Assembly: GCA_963804165.1 (NCBI GenBank)
Contig: CAWDPO010000035.1
Coordinates: 64,001-128,000, forward strand
DNA: 64,000 bases
Reading direction: 5' to 3'
DNA from: an uncultured delta proteobacterium
GTDB lineage: Bacteria; Desulfobacterota; Binatia; UBA9968
Each line of letters starts with the position of its first letter. The first letter of the stretch is position 1. Positions 39,578-51,280 of this stretch are shown here, one piece after another. The notes under the pieces were generated by a model. The model was given only the letters and a program-made list of their open reading frames with translations, was not told the origin of the DNA and made no database searches. The translations under genes were made by a program, and so were the position numbers.

Positions 39578-40895
39578 AGATGCAACCTTTCAGATCGCTG
39601 GTCAAATAGAGATAACGATTGCGAAACTCATCGGCGCTGCAAATTTGTTTCTCCGACGAGGCGGCCTGCGCGAGAAGCCTGACTTTTTCATTGTCGGTAA
39701 AGTCTTCTTTTTCCAACCGGATCATATATTCACGGGCGATCTTGTACGAAGGCGCATCGATGTCGACCACGCGCACGCGGGTTTTGCCGGTGGCCGGGTC
39801 CTGGAGTTTAGTGAAGTCTAGATAGTCGAGCTTGCCGTTGATCAACGCGACCAGCGCTCCGGTGAGCTGTTCGACTCTTTCCGGCGGATTCAGCAAAAAC
39901 TCAACGGCGCCGTAGCCCAGGGTGCGGACGTACTCGCAGTCGAAAGCGACCGGCGCAGCCGAGCGCAGCTCGTAACCGATATTCTTATGGACGACCGTGA
40001 TGGGCGCGCCACGAGCCGCAAAGCGATGCTCGACCAGGGTTTTCAAAATATAAGCCAGATCGACTTCGGCGAGCCGCAAGTGGCCATAGCTATCGTGCGT
40101 GATACGCACGCCCTCTATGCCTTCGAGCTCCGCAACGGGCATGTGTTCGAGCACGCCCTCGGCGATGATGGCCACGCCATCGAGGCGGTTCCAAAGCGCC
40201 GTTCGTTTGAGAATCGCGCTCTCGAGAATGTCGCAGACCGTGGTCATGCGTATCGGCCCGGGAAACTCTTCCGGGATCAAAGTCAGGGTCGCGCCGGTCG
40301 CTTTGCCGATGCCTAAAGCGAGATGGCCGGCGGATCGTCCCATGACGACGATAAAATACCATCGTCCCGTGGTCCGTGAATCTTCCATGAGGTTTTGTAC
40401 CAGCTCGCTGCCGAGCTGGCGCGCCGTTTCAAAACCGAATGTCGGTATTTCCCCGGGGAGCGGCAAGTCGTTGTCGATGGTCTTCGGCACGTGACAGACG
40501 CGGATGCGGCCGTTGGCGTGCTTGGCGACCTGGCTCGCCGCGAACATCGTGTCGTCGCCGCCAATGGTGGCCAGATAGCCGATGCCGAGTTGATCGAGTG
40601 TCGCCACGACGCGCCGCAAATCCTCGGCTTTCTTTGTTGGATTGGCCCGGGAAGTATTTAGAATCGAACCGCCCTGGAAATGAACCCGCGACACGTCGTC
40701 GTGGTCGAGCTCCTTAGTGTGCGCGGTGTCGCCGCGCATGAGCCACTGAAAACCATCGTAGATGCCGATAACTTTGCGGGCGCGATTGCGTGCCTCGAGA
40801 GTAACTGCGCTGATCACGCCGTTGATCCCGGGCGCCGGTCCGCCGCCAACCAAAATGCCAACGTTGTGATTTTGCCGGCTATGATCTTGCGCCAT
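39576..40895 (-). CDS. pfp: Phosphofructokinase, PPi-dependent type
   Basis: GGGPAPGIN, GGDDT and PKTIDND (Asp/Lys PPi signature), MGRSAG. Confidence 0.88.
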   Translation of the reverse strand: MAQDHSRQNHNVGILVGGGPAPGINGVISAVTLEARNRARKVIGIYDGFQWLMRGDTAHTKELDHDDVSRVHFQGGSILNTSRANPTKKAEDLRRVVATLDQLGIGYLATIGGDDTMFAASQVAKHANGRIRVCHVPKTIDNDLPLPGEIPTFGFETARQLGSELVQNLMEDSRTTGRWYFIVVMGRSAGHLALGIGKATGATLTLIPEEFPGPIRMTTVCDILESAILKRTALWNRLDGVAIIAEGVLEHMPVAELEGIEGVRITHDSYGHLRLAEVDLAYILKTLVEHRFAARGAPITVVHKNIGYELRSAAPVAFDCEYVRTLGYGAVEFLLNPPERVEQLTGALVALINGKLDYLDFTKLQDPATGKTRVRVVDIDAPSYKIAREYMIRLEKEDFTDNEKVRLLAQAASSEKQICSADEFRNRYLYLTSDLKGCI

Positions 40896-41368
40896 TTACA
40901 CCACCCTGGCTTGAGAGCTTAGTCTGGTTCGTTAGTACCGAGCTTAGCAATTTTTTGTGCGAATTCCATGCCGAAAAACTAACTTTCATTTTGTCACGGC
41001 GACTGGCCATTTCATGTCGGATTGATTTGAACAATGGGAAAAAAGTTCGACGATATCAGCTCAAATGCGCGACGGTGCTTTGTGTTCGCAGCTGGACACG
41101 ACCACTGCGCAGGACATCGTTGAGTAGAAAAAATAGTCTAAAGAGGTTTACCGATATCAGAAAGGAATCTGTTTGAACGTTCACGAAATATAGAAATACT
41201 GGACGCAAACCGACACGCGGAGTATACGCGTTCGCGCAAACGGCTACGAAAGGAGAAGGTCATGGAAGAATACGTAGATATCAATGCCCATGTTCGATAG
41301 GACGAGAGTCGCCGAGGGCCCATCACCGGTGGAGAAGCTGCTCAATGAGTTTGAAAACTCGGCCGTAA

Positions 41369-41794
41369 TCAATCGTCGTCGTGATCGTGGCGCACGGGAG
41401 CGCGCAAGAGTTTCTTTTCCCCGTGGTGCTGCTTGTCCTCGAGCAGGCGAAGCTTCGCGCGCCGCGAGCGTTTTCTTTTCTGACGGCGGATCTTGGCGAT
41501 CCGCTGCTCCTCTTCGCTGGCCGCTCCTCTGATCGCCGTCTCGATCTTGTCTATTAAAAGCCTTCGCGCCAGAAACCGGTTAAGCGCCTGGGAGCGCTCC
41601 TGCTGGCACTTGATCCGAATCCCGGTGGGGCGATGATGAAGCAGCACGCAACTCGAAACCTTATTGACGTTCTGGCCGCCCGCCCCGGAGGATCGGACGA
41701 ATTGCTCTTCGATGTCCTGCTCGCGTATGCCCAACGCGCGCATGCGTTCGTGCAGCTGTTTTTCTTTTATGGAAGAAACCGGGAACGGTGCCAT
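41369..41794 (-). CDS. Peptidyl-tRNA hydrolase / release-factor-like ribosome rescue protein (ArfB-like)
   Basis: [12 protein letters not shown] (GGQ), QERSQALNR, basic C-terminal tail. Confidence 0.85.
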   Translation of the reverse strand: MAPFPVSSIKEKQLHERMRALGIREQDIEEQFVRSSGAGGQNVNKVSSCVLLHHRPTGIRIKCQQERSQALNRFLARRLLIDKIETAIRGAASEEEQRIAKIRRQKRKRSRRAKLRLLEDKQHHGEKKLLRAPVRHDHDDD

Positions 41795-41802
41795 GGCGCG
41801 AC

Positions 41803-43011
41803 CTAGGGCTCGTTTTTGATCCTGAATTTATCCGCGCGCAACGTCTGATAAATGCGCTGGATATGTTCCGCGCCGGTGGTTTCGAGGATCAGTTCGACCT
41901 CGGTCTCGCCGATAGCCATCTCGCCGAAACCGCGGCTTTGACTGATCTGCAAGATGTTGGCGCCCAGATCGGCGATCCGCTGCGTGAGCCGCGCCAGGCT
42001 GCCGGGGCGGTCCGAGATGACGATGGCGAGTTTCCCCAGGCGGCCGTCCTGGATCAGGCCCGATTCGATGATGCGCGAGATCAAATTCATATCGATGTTG
42101 CCGCCCGAGATGATCATGCCGACGTTTTTGCCGGCGAGCGAAACTTTCTTGTTGAGCAAGGCCGCGAGCGGCGCGGCCGCGGCGCCCTCGGCCACGGTCT
42201 TTTCGACTTCGAGCAGCGTCAGCACGGCATTGGCGATTTCTCCTTCGCTCACCGTAACGATTTCATCGACATAATCTTTCACCAGCTCGAACGGCGTCGC
42301 GCCGACGGCACGCACGGCGATGCCGTCGGCGATCGTCGTTGCGGCAGGGATCTGCGTCGGCGCGCCTTGCTGCAGCGCGACTTTCATCGACGGCACCGCC
42401 TCGGCTTGCACACCGATGACGCGGACTCTGGGAATGAGCGTTTTGACGGTGAGCGCGAGGCCGGCGATCAAGCCGCCGCCGCCCACCGGCACGATCACGG
42501 CGTCCAAATCGGGATTCTGTTCATAGAGCTCGACACCGATCGTCCCCTGGCCGGCAACGATCCACGGATCATCGAACGCGGAAATGAAAGTCAATTTGCG
42601 CTCGTCGCTCATGCGCAAGGCTTCTGCCAGAGCCGAGTCGTAATCGCTGCCGCAGAGTACGCTTTCGGCGCCGTACTGGCGCACGCGCGTGACCTTGACG
42701 AGTGGCGCGGAGGTCGGCATGACGATCGTTGCAGCGATGTTCAAGCGCCGGCTGTGATAGGCCACGGCCATGCCGTGATTGCCCGCGCTGGCGGCGATCA
42801 CGCCGCGCCGGACTTCTTGCGGCGTCAACGTCAGCAACCGGTTGAGCGCGCCGCGCTCTTTGAACGAGCCGGTCAATTGCAAATTTTCCAGCTTGAAAAA
42901 TACCCGATTGCCGGTCATCCCGCTGATCGTCTCCGAGCGCGGGAAAGGGGAAAGATAGATTTGGTCCCTGATGCGCTCGCGCGCCTCTTCGATGTCGACG
43001 AAACCGATCAT
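41803..43011 (-). CDS. ilvA: Threonine ammonia-lyase with C-terminal ACT domain
   Basis: [40 protein letters not shown]. Confidence 0.93.
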   Translation of the reverse strand: MIGFVDIEEARERIRDQIYLSPFPRSETISGMTGNRVFFKLENLQLTGSFKERGALNRLLTLTPQEVRRGVIAASAGNHGMAVAYHSRRLNIAATIVMPTSAPLVKVTRVRQYGAESVLCGSDYDSALAEALRMSDERKLTFISAFDDPWIVAGQGTIGVELYEQNPDLDAVIVPVGGGGLIAGLALTVKTLIPRVRVIGVQAEAVPSMKVALQQGAPTQIPAATTIADGIAVRAVGATPFELVKDYVDEIVTVSEGEIANAVLTLLEVEKTVAEGAAAAPLAALLNKKVSLAGKNVGMIISGGNIDMNLISRIIESGLIQDGRLGKLAIVISDRPGSLARLTQRIADLGANILQISQSRGFGEMAIGETEVELILETTGAEHIQRIYQTLRADKFRIKNEP

Positions 43012-43263
43012 ATCTCTCTCACGTTAGAATGAAACGAGCGGAGGGCGCAAGGTCGTTGGCGGCATCCGCCACTTTTCCTGGGTCCTGGACACCTCGCAAT
43101 GAAAAAATGTTCTTTCAAAGCAGGCGAACCGCAAATCACTGCGTAAGCGCGGCTAGAGTGTGTGAAGCGTTGGCCGTGGGCGGTCAACCACTGCGAATCA
43201 AAGTAAGTTCCCCGGAGCGGTTATGAAGTAGCGCTGGATCAAACTTTCTCGACTCGGCCGGAT

Positions 43264-44916
43264 CTATTTGGACTTCTGGAAAAAGGCGTCTTCTCGATGA
43301 ACGTAGCCATCGATGGTCCTTTGTCCCAAAGTGCGCACTCGGTAGTAGTCCCCCGTCCTGCCCGAAACGTTCACGTGGCTGCCGGGTCGAAGGGTGGCGA
43401 TGATATCCGCATTGGAAGTTGGTTTTCCGCGAACGAAGGAAGCCGCGACTACGTTAAAATCGCCGGTGTCCGGCGACGTTTCTTTATTGTCGACGCGCGG
43501 AACGATATTTTCCGATTGTCCGTCATTTCCCAAGTTTGGTCCGGCGACGATTTTTTGCAACGTTAGATTGGTTGCAACGGTATGGATAGCCCCGTTGGTT
43601 CCGAGAGGCGTTTTCACGACCTTGCGATCCGCAACGGGGATCAATGCAGCGGCAGCCGGTGCAGATTTCTTAGCTCCATTGTTCTTGTCCACGGCTTTGG
43701 CGGACAGCGGTGCCGGTAGCTTTGTTTGCTGACTTGCCCCGGAAGTTTTTTCTTCAAGAACGGCCGTCGCTAGCTTGGTGTATTTGATTTCTTCACGGCT
43801 ACTCTCAACGAGGGTTTTATTATTGTGCGGCAAGTCGACCACGACAGGGATCCCTTTTTGTGAATAGACCATCGCGCCGACAACGGTCAGCATGACGACA
43901 GTCAGCAAGGCGCCGGTTGCCCACCGCTGGTCGTTACGGAACGCGCGCGCAGGACCGCTCATCGTCGCAGCAAAATCGCCGGAATCCGTCAGGTCAGACT
44001 CCTCGGTCATTGTGAGATCGTTTTTCAATGGCAGTGCCGTTGGAAACCCTGCGATTTCATGCTCCGGTTTCACTGGTGGCTGTGCCGAAACATCCTTTTC
44101 CGCTCGGGCTCCGTCAACGAGTAAGTCGTCGGTAACTTCTTCAATCATGGTCGGGCCGACCTTGAATTCAGACATCGCATAGGCGATCAACAAAGCATTA
44201 TCGCAGATCATGTTGATGAGGCGGGGGATGCCCTTCGAAGACACGGCAATCTTTTTGACTGCGTCCGGGTCGAACAGATCCGCGCATCTATGGCCAATGG
44301 TCTGTAGTCTCGAATCGATGTAAGCGCCCACCTCATCTGCCGCAATCGGATGGAGCCGGCAGCGCAGCGCCACACGTTGCTTGAGTTGACGAAGACTCGC
44401 TTGATCCAGTTTGCCTTCGAGCTCGGGTTGCCCGATGAAGACAATCTGCAGAAGCTTGTCCTTGTCGGTTTCGAGATTACCGAGGAGCCTCAACTCTTCC
44501 AGAACCTCAGGGCTCAGATCTTGCGCCTCGTCGATCAGCAGCGCGACGATATTTCCGGCGCTCAGCTGTTCGATCAGATATTGATTGAGCTGGCCGATCA
44601 TCGCCGCCTTGTTTTCCGTGGAAACCGGCAAACCCAGATCTTGCAAAATGAGACGGAGCAACTCGGTGAAACTGAGCAGGGTGTTACAGACGTAAGCCAC
44701 CTTGATGTTGGATTCGAAACTGCGCATGGCTTTTCTGAGCAGAGTGGTTTTCCCGGTTCCGGTTTCACCGGCAACCACGATGAAGCCTTTGCGCGCTTCG
44801 ATGCCATAACACAAAGTCGCCAGGGCTTCGCGATAGACTGCGTTGGAGTAGTAAAACTGCGGGTCCGGAGTTACGCCAAACGGCGCTTCGCGGAAATTGA
44901 AATGAGCGTTATACAT
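43264..44916 (-). CDS. ExeA/GspA-family AAA ATPase with TM segment and C-terminal SH3-like domain
   Basis: PFGVTPDP, GETGTGKTT, IDEAQ, GQPEL, GIPRLINMICD; C-terminal VRGKP...GYVH. Confidence 0.88.
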   Translation of the reverse strand: MYNAHFNFREAPFGVTPDPQFYYSNAVYREALATLCYGIEARKGFIVVAGETGTGKTTLLRKAMRSFESNIKVAYVCNTLLSFTELLRLILQDLGLPVSTENKAAMIGQLNQYLIEQLSAGNIVALLIDEAQDLSPEVLEELRLLGNLETDKDKLLQIVFIGQPELEGKLDQASLRQLKQRVALRCRLHPIAADEVGAYIDSRLQTIGHRCADLFDPDAVKKIAVSSKGIPRLINMICDNALLIAYAMSEFKVGPTMIEEVTDDLLVDGARAEKDVSAQPPVKPEHEIAGFPTALPLKNDLTMTEESDLTDSGDFAATMSGPARAFRNDQRWATGALLTVVMLTVVGAMVYSQKGIPVVVDLPHNNKTLVESSREEIKYTKLATAVLEEKTSGASQQTKLPAPLSAKAVDKNNGAKKSAPAAAALIPVADRKVVKTPLGTNGAIHTVATNLTLQKIVAGPNLGNDGQSENIVPRVDNKETSPDTGDFNVVAASFVRGKPTSNADIIATLRPGSHVNVSGRTGDYYRVRTLGQRTIDGYVHREDAFFQKSK

Positions 44917-45470
44917 AGTGCCTCACATACTCAGAAAATTTCTCTGTTAGAAACGAGGAGCGACTTCTTCGAAATTTTCGTTTCGCCTTGCTCGTCGGTT
45001 ACCGCTGATCAACGAATTCACTTTCTCAATGCCTTTCCGTTCCGCTGGCTTGATCGATCCAAGACCTGACGGTTACTACAGGACTATCTTTTTTCACAGA
45101 GAAACAGCGTTTTCAATAGTAAAAACCCCGCGGGGTCCCCAGAGCAGTCTCAGAAATGCCCGAATATCCTCAATTATTCCCTCAACATAGACTTTTTTTT
45201 TGGCGATGGGTGTCGACCTCCACTCTTGGTGCAAATTTTGGTGAGCCCAACGATGTCAAATCGGCTTGACGAATTTCATAAACGTGTCATGCGATGCAAG
45301 CTCAAGCTACAAGGGCATGCATAAGTGACGTTCGGTGTTCGGTATCACACATCAGGTAGGTTTTCTTTGCTTTCGATTTGCTCTGGTTGACTTGTAGACG
45401 AAGGCTGTGGCAAGCAACTGAGAGTGTTGCAGCGCGCCATGCTGTCACGTCTCCCAAAACCGGACCTCCG

Positions 45471-46598
45471 ATGAAAAGTCAATCAAAGACCGGCGCAGCG
45501 GACATCTCCCGTTATCGGCAGAATTATATCGTCGAGATGGACGGTATCGCCTTGTATCGTGCCATGGCCGCGGCCGAGCAGGACCATCAACGGGCGGCGA
45601 TCTTTGAAAAACTGGCGCAGAACGAAGAAAGGCACGCGCAGCGATGGGCGAAGCTGATTCAATCGGGCGGCGGCGCTGTGCCGGCGCACAAGCCCTCGGC
45701 TCGGGTGCGGATGCTCGGTTGGACGGCCCGGCGGTTCGGCACGCATAGGGTCGTGCCGATCATCAGCAGCATGGAAGCACGCGACGAAGCCGGATATATG
45801 CGCCAGCCCGAGGCGGAAGGTTTGCCTGCGGAAGAACGGGCGCATAGCCGAACGCTGCTGGCGATGGAGGGGAAAACATCGGGGCAGGAATCGATTGCCG
45901 GCACCGAACGGTGGCATGTTTCGGCGTATGGCGGCGGCCTGCGCGCGGCGGTATTCGGCGTCAACGATGGACTCCTTTCCAATTTCAGCCTCGTTATGGG
46001 ATTCGCCGGCGCGGAGGCGAAGCCGGAATACATTATTCTCGCCGGTGTCGCCGGCCTGCTTGCCGGCTCTTTCTCCATGGCCGCCGGTGAATATGTTTCC
46101 GTCAGCGCCCAGCGCGAAGTCTTCGAACAACAGATCGCCATCGAAAAAGAAGAGTTGGAAATGTCACCCAAGGAAGAAGAGGAAGAGCTCTCGCTCATCT
46201 ACCAAGCCAAGGGGATCCCGGAACACGAAGCATCGCGCCTCGCACAGCGCATCATTCAAAATCCGATAACCGCGATCGACACGTTGGCGCGCGAAGAGCT
46301 CGGGCTCGATCCGGCTGCGCTTGGAGCGCCTTGGACCGCCGCGATGAGTTCTTTCTGCGCGTTCGTCGTCGGCGCTTTCGTTCCGGTGGCTCCTTATCTT
46401 TTGACCGGGGGAACCAAAGCGTGGATCATCAGCGCGTCGCTCAGTTTTTGCGCTCTATTCGCTGTCGGTGCCGTGCTTTCGATCTTCACCGCGCGCGGCC
46501 CGCTGCTCAGCGGCGCGCGCATGCTCGGCATCGGTTTACTGGTTTCCGCCATCACCTACAGCGTCGGCTGGCTGTTTGGCGTGTCGCTAGCAGGGTAG
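45471..46598 (+). CDS. VIT1/CCC1 transporter with N-terminal rubrerythrin-like domain
   Basis: EERH and ERAH motifs; AVFGVNDG, SMAAGEYVSV. Confidence 0.9.
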   Translation: MKSQSKTGAADISRYRQNYIVEMDGIALYRAMAAAEQDHQRAAIFEKLAQNEERHAQRWAKLIQSGGGAVPAHKPSARVRMLGWTARRFGTHRVVPIISSMEARDEAGYMRQPEAEGLPAEERAHSRTLLAMEGKTSGQESIAGTERWHVSAYGGGLRAAVFGVNDGLLSNFSLVMGFAGAEAKPEYIILAGVAGLLAGSFSMAAGEYVSVSAQREVFEQQIAIEKEELEMSPKEEEEELSLIYQAKGIPEHEASRLAQRIIQNPITAIDTLAREELGLDPAALGAPWTAAMSSFCAFVVGAFVPVAPYLLTGGTKAWIISASLSFCALFAVGAVLSIFTARGPLLSGARMLGIGLLVSAITYSVGWLFGVSLAG

Positions 46599-46801
46599 AA
46601 GGCGGCTGGTCATTCCCGACTTGTTTCAGCATCGCCCTTCGGGTTTTTTTCGTTTTCTATTCTTGCGAAACGTGAGAGGTTTCTTTCTCACCGGCGCGAA
46701 AGCCACACGGTTTTCCCCAGCAAATTTCGTTTGGCCTCGTAGGATGGCAGTTGCGCTATAGCCGGGTAGACGAAATCGAGTAGGTGAAAGTGAGGATTTG
46801 T

Positions 46802-47362
46802 ATGAAGACAGAAACTTTGACGATTGAAGAACCGCGGATCGCCAAATTGCTTTTCAGCGACCCACGCTTCGGCTGGCTGTGGCTGCCGCTGCGTTTGTAT
46901 CTCGGTTACATGTGGTTCGAAGGGGGATGGCATAAGTTCGTTGACCCCAAATGGATGGGGAGCGGCGAAGCGCTGCTGGAATACTGGAAGCGCGGTCTCA
47001 AGATGACGCCGAAACCGGCCATTGCATTCGATTGGTACCGCGGTTTTATCGAGTACATGGTTAATGCTGAAGCGCACACCTGGTTCTCCAAAATTATTAT
47101 TTTCGGAGAGCTCGCCATCGCCGCTGGTTTAATTCTCGGAGCGTTCGTCGGAGTCGCCGCCTTCTTCGGCGGATTTATGAACTGGAGCTTTATCATGGCC
47201 GGATCGGCTTCGACCAACGGTATGCTCTTCGCGATCGCGACGTGGTTGGTGCTTGCATGGCGCAACGCCGGCTGGATCGGACTCGATCGCTGGTTGCTGC
47301 CGATGGTGGGAACTCCCTGGAAGCCCGGCCGCCTGTTCGAAGACGCCGCACGAATACCGTGA
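46802..47362 (+). CDS. DoxX/DoxD-family membrane protein
   Basis: RLYLGYMW...GWHK, GELAI, MAGSASTN, AGWIGLDRW. Confidence 0.85.
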   Translation: MKTETLTIEEPRIAKLLFSDPRFGWLWLPLRLYLGYMWFEGGWHKFVDPKWMGSGEALLEYWKRGLKMTPKPAIAFDWYRGFIEYMVNAEAHTWFSKIIIFGELAIAAGLILGAFVGVAAFFGGFMNWSFIMAGSASTNGMLFAIATWLVLAWRNAGWIGLDRWLLPMVGTPWKPGRLFEDAARIP

Positions 47363-47388
47363 CGAGTTAGTAAAATCGTGACAGATTC

Positions 47389-47413
47389 GCGGGCGGGAGA
47401 AGTTCCCGCCCGC
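47389..47413 (+). terminator. Hairpin after doxX
   Basis: gcgggcggga-gaagt-tcccgcccgc; no clear U-tract. Confidence 0.5.
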
Positions 47414-47630
47414 TCGCGTTCATCCCGCCATCTTTTGCTGAACCTGCGTCACGGTCGAGCTGCATGAACGAATGTCCACTAAGACAGCCTCATAGGTCAG
47501 TGATACTCTAGGCGTATCCAATTCGAAGACCACTTCCCTCGATCCCCTGGGACCTCATTGACGTGCCGGCTGCGAGACGCCGCGCGGGGGCTTGCTATTC
47601 TCGTGACTTCCTATTTACTCGATGGTTAGA

Positions 47631-47921
47631 ATGAGCCAACGGGTTCGCGAGTTCTACTTTGTCTTGCCGATCGACGAATATACGCTTTTGAAAGCGTACC
47701 TCCCCAGGCGCTCGATCGGGTATGAAGCGCTCGATCTCGCCGTTCCGGAGGGCGACGATAAACGCGCCTTTACTTGTAGCGAAAATGAACTGCAGGACGT
47801 TATCCAATCCGTCGGACAGCAGTTTCCACTCGGTAAGGTCCTGGCAAACTTGATCCGGCAACAATGGCAACCGAGATCTAAATCCCAGAAAAAGAAGCCG
47901 AAGAATCCGAAGAAGCGCTAA
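47631..47921 (+). CDS. Hypothetical protein
   Basis: ORF with normal composition and a Lys-rich tail. Confidence 0.5.
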   Translation: MSQRVREFYFVLPIDEYTLLKAYLPRRSIGYEALDLAVPEGDDKRAFTCSENELQDVIQSVGQQFPLGKVLANLIRQQWQPRSKSQKKKPKNPKKR

Positions 47922-48031
47922 CTTCTATCCTCCGCGCCTGCTTGCACGTACAGTGCGTCGGGCGAGTGACGCAACGCGGGTAGGTGCGCCCGCCCAGGCG
48001 AGTTCCTGAGCCGCGAATACCGAGGAGAACA

Positions 48032-48256
48032 ATGGATGACGAAGAGATAGGGCGGGTTTGGGCCGAATATTACCCGAAGTCGGGGGACAACAGAGCTGCC
48101 CTTCAAATGTGCGAGATGATCTGTCGCCTGATACGAGAAAAGACCAAACTCGTTTTTGTTATCGGTAGGGCCGGTAGACTACAGCGTGTTCTGGATGCCT
48201 GCGGCATTCCCAAAGCCGACTTTGACGATGTCGAAAAGAGGTCGCTCAAGGTCTGA
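48032..48256 (+). CDS. Hypothetical protein
   Basis: GAGGAG RBS before MDDEEIGRVW. Confidence 0.6.
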   Translation: MDDEEIGRVWAEYYPKSGDNRAALQMCEMICRLIREKTKLVFVIGRAGRLQRVLDACGIPKADFDDVEKRSLKV

Positions 48257-48485
48257 GTGAGCGCCGGTCTCAAGCGCCAGCCCGCGTAATAAACCGCAAA
48301 AGTTTTCATCAACCGCGCCCGTCCTGTTCGCCTTTCGCATCAAAATCCAAGATTGATAAGATTGATTTGCCAGACCACGCTGCTCACGGCTTCACCTGAG
48401 AGCTCGTCTCGTTCTTCCTTGTGTTCGCCCTGCTAAATCACGTAAGATCGCGGCAATTTACCCTTCACAAGAATATCATTAATCT

Positions 48486-50127
48486 ATGCAGTGGATCGCA
48501 CCGTCTGAGAAGGACACAGCTACCAACACACTTGAAAAGCGACTCTGGGAGGCGGCGGATCAGCTGCGCGCCAACTCTGGCCTGACGGCGGCGCAGTATT
48601 CGAGCCCCGTTCTCGGGCTGATCTTCCTTCGCTTTGCTGAAGCGCGGTTCGCCAAGCGCCGTCACGAGTTGGAGAAAGCGGGCTCGACCGGACGTCGGGG
48701 TTCATCTCGCATCGACGAGCCGAGCGCTTATCACGCGGAGGGTGTCATCTACCTGACGCCAAACGCGCGCTATGACCATTTACTCAGCCTGCCGGAAGGC
48801 GGAAATATCGGCCAGGCGATCAACGATGCGATGGCCGACATCGAAAAGCACAATCCGCATCTCGCGGGCGTGTTGCCGCGCACGTTTCAGATTTTTAACA
48901 GCACTTTACTTAAGGAACTGCTCAAGAAAGTTTCGGAGATTCCCGCGAGTCTCGAATACGACGCCTTCGGCAGGATCTACGAATACTTCCTCGGCGAGTT
49001 CGCGCGGACGGAAGGGCAGAAGGGCGGCGAGTTCTTCACGCCGAGCAGCATTGTCCGTTTGATCGTGCGAGATCATCGAACCCTACCACGGCCGCTTGCT
49101 TGATCTCGCTTGCGGCTCCGGCGGCATGTTCGTACAGAGCGCTCGCTTCGTGCAGGAGCACAAGAAAAATCCAGTCGTCCGAGCTCGCCATTCACGGTCA
49201 GGAGAAGGTCGGTGCCACCGTGGCTCTCTCGCGCATGAACCTCGCCGTCCACGGACTCGAAGGCGACATCCGCGAGGCAAACTCCTACTACGAAGACGAG
49301 CACGACAGCACCGGAAACTTCGACTTCGTCCTCGCCAATCCGCCATTCAACGTCAACGCGGTCGATAAGGATCGGCTCAAAGATGCGGTCGGCAAGAATC
49401 GCCGCTATCCATTCGGCCTGCCGCGCACCGACAACGGCAACTATCTCTGGATTCAGCTTTTCTATTCGGCGCTCAACAAAAAAGGCCGCGCCGGTTTCGT
49501 CATGGCCAACTCCGCCTCCGACGCCCGCGCCTCCGAGCAAGAGATGCGAAAACAGCTGATCGAAGCGCACGCCGTGGACGTGATGGTCGCCGTCGGTCCG
49601 AATGTTTTTTACACCGTCACACTGCCGTGCACGCTCTGGTTCCTGGACAAAGGCAAGCGAACGGCACGCCCCGCGCCGACAAAGTGCTCTTCATCGACGC
49701 CCGCCACATCTACCGTCAAATCGATAGAGCCCACCGCGACTGGACCGACGCACAAATCGGATTCCTCGCAAACATCGTCCGCTTATATCGCGGCGAAAAA
49801 CCCGACTTCACTCTCGGCGGCGAAGAAGCTAAAGCAAAGTTGATCGAAATCTTTTTCCTCGCCAGTCGAAATCGAAAATCGACAAACCAAAATACCGAGA
49901 TGTTCTCGGCCTGTGCCGAGTCGCCACGCTCAAAGAAATCGAAGCGCAAGGTTGGTCGCTCAACCCCGGCCGATACGTCGGCGTCGCCGCCGGCGAAGCG
50001 GTTAGCGACGAAGAATTCAAGGAACAACTCGAAGAGTTCAACGAAGAACTCGAAAATCTCAACGCCCAGGCGCGCGAACTTGAAGAAACCATCGCGCGGC
50101 AACGTAGCGGAGATTCTTGAAACGTGA
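48486..50127 (+). CDS. hsdM: Type I restriction-modification methyltransferase subunit (several frameshifts)
   Basis: [42 protein letters not shown] across ORFs 48486/49096/49100/49627. Confidence 0.92.
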
Positions 50128-51279
50128 CGATGGACGACGAATGGCGAACAGCGAGACTTGGTGAGTTGCGTTGCTTCGAAGACTGGCAAGCTTCGACTCG
50201 AATGCCGCAGGTTCGCTCGATGGTGGACTATCCAGTTCTTCACCGAGATACGCACGGAGATTCATGCGGACAAATACGTTACGAGCTTCGATACCGAAGT
50301 GCGACGTTCTGTCTGTGAAACGAACGCCAACATGCATTTATCTCGACTGAAGTACTGTCCACGGGAAGTTCGACGCTTATCAGCGGACGTATCGATAGTC
50401 ACGACGCCGCGACCACAATCGGCTGATTAACTGATTGTCTCGATTTACGCACTTCGTCCTAAGCTCTCTGAATTCCGCAGATCGAGTACGCCGGTGACGG
50501 CTTACGCAAGCCCTGACGTTAACGATTCTCAACGAGAGAATCGAGCATTAGCATTCCGTTCCACCGCTTCCGGTCCAACGGCGAATCGCGGCATTCTGTC
50601 GGCCTACGACGAACTGATCGAAAACAACCAGCGGCGCATCAAGATTTTGGAAGAGATGGCCCGCTCGCTCTACCGCGAGTGGTTCGTCAACTTCCGCTTT
50701 CCCGGACACGAAAAGGTCCCGCTCGTCCGATTCTCCGCTCGGGCAAGATTCCGAGAGGGTGGGAGGTGAAGAAACTTGGTGACATCCTCGAGCTTCAATT
50801 ACGGCAGAGGCGCTCAAGAAGGAAGAACAGCCGTAACGGAGCGTTTCCGGTTTATCGGTTCGAGCGGATCGTCGGCACTCACGACGCATACTCGTGAAAG
50901 GTCCTGGAATTATTGTCGGGCGGAAGGGAAACGTCGGAAGTGTCTTTTGGTGCGATGAAGCCTTCTTCGTCATCGACACAGCGTATTTCGTGACTTCGTC
51001 CCTGCCACTCGGGATTCTTGATTTACATACTGCCGACGTTGAATTTCATTAACAGTGATGCGGCCGTTCCCGGATTGCCAGCAACCAGGCATACACCTTG
51101 GAAATCTTCGTTCCCCCGATAGGCTGCTGACCAGCTTTTGCGAATTAGCCGACGCCTTCGAACGACGGCATCGACCTCAAAGTCAAATTCAAAATCTCCT
51201 CCGGACGCGGGACCTATTGTTGCCGCGCCTGCTTTCTGGCGGAACCGGTATCGCGAGTCTCGTGCAGAGAGGAGACTAA
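50124..51279 (+). CDS. hsdS: Type I R-M specificity subunit (heavily frameshifted in first TRD)
   Basis: [62 protein letters not shown]. Confidence 0.88.
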
Positions 51280-51280
51280 A

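Noticed and set aside
41250-41370. Strong RBS followed by MEEYVDINAHVR*
   Set aside because: 12 codons with no recognisable similarity; cannot be separated from chance or decay
41788-43032. 414-aa plus-strand ORF (and similar long antisense ORFs at 19395, 32940, 38833, 58119)
   Set aside because: They mirror well-supported genes on the opposite strand; expected in high-GC DNA
43264-44916. Type II secretion or Tn7-like locus around the ExeA ATPase
   Set aside because: No gsp genes or transposase nearby; stand-alone ExeA-like ATPases are common
47400-48480. tRNA/att site or integrase bounding the defence island
   Set aside because: No cloverleaf or T-loop motif, no recombinase gene and no flanking direct repeat found by eye
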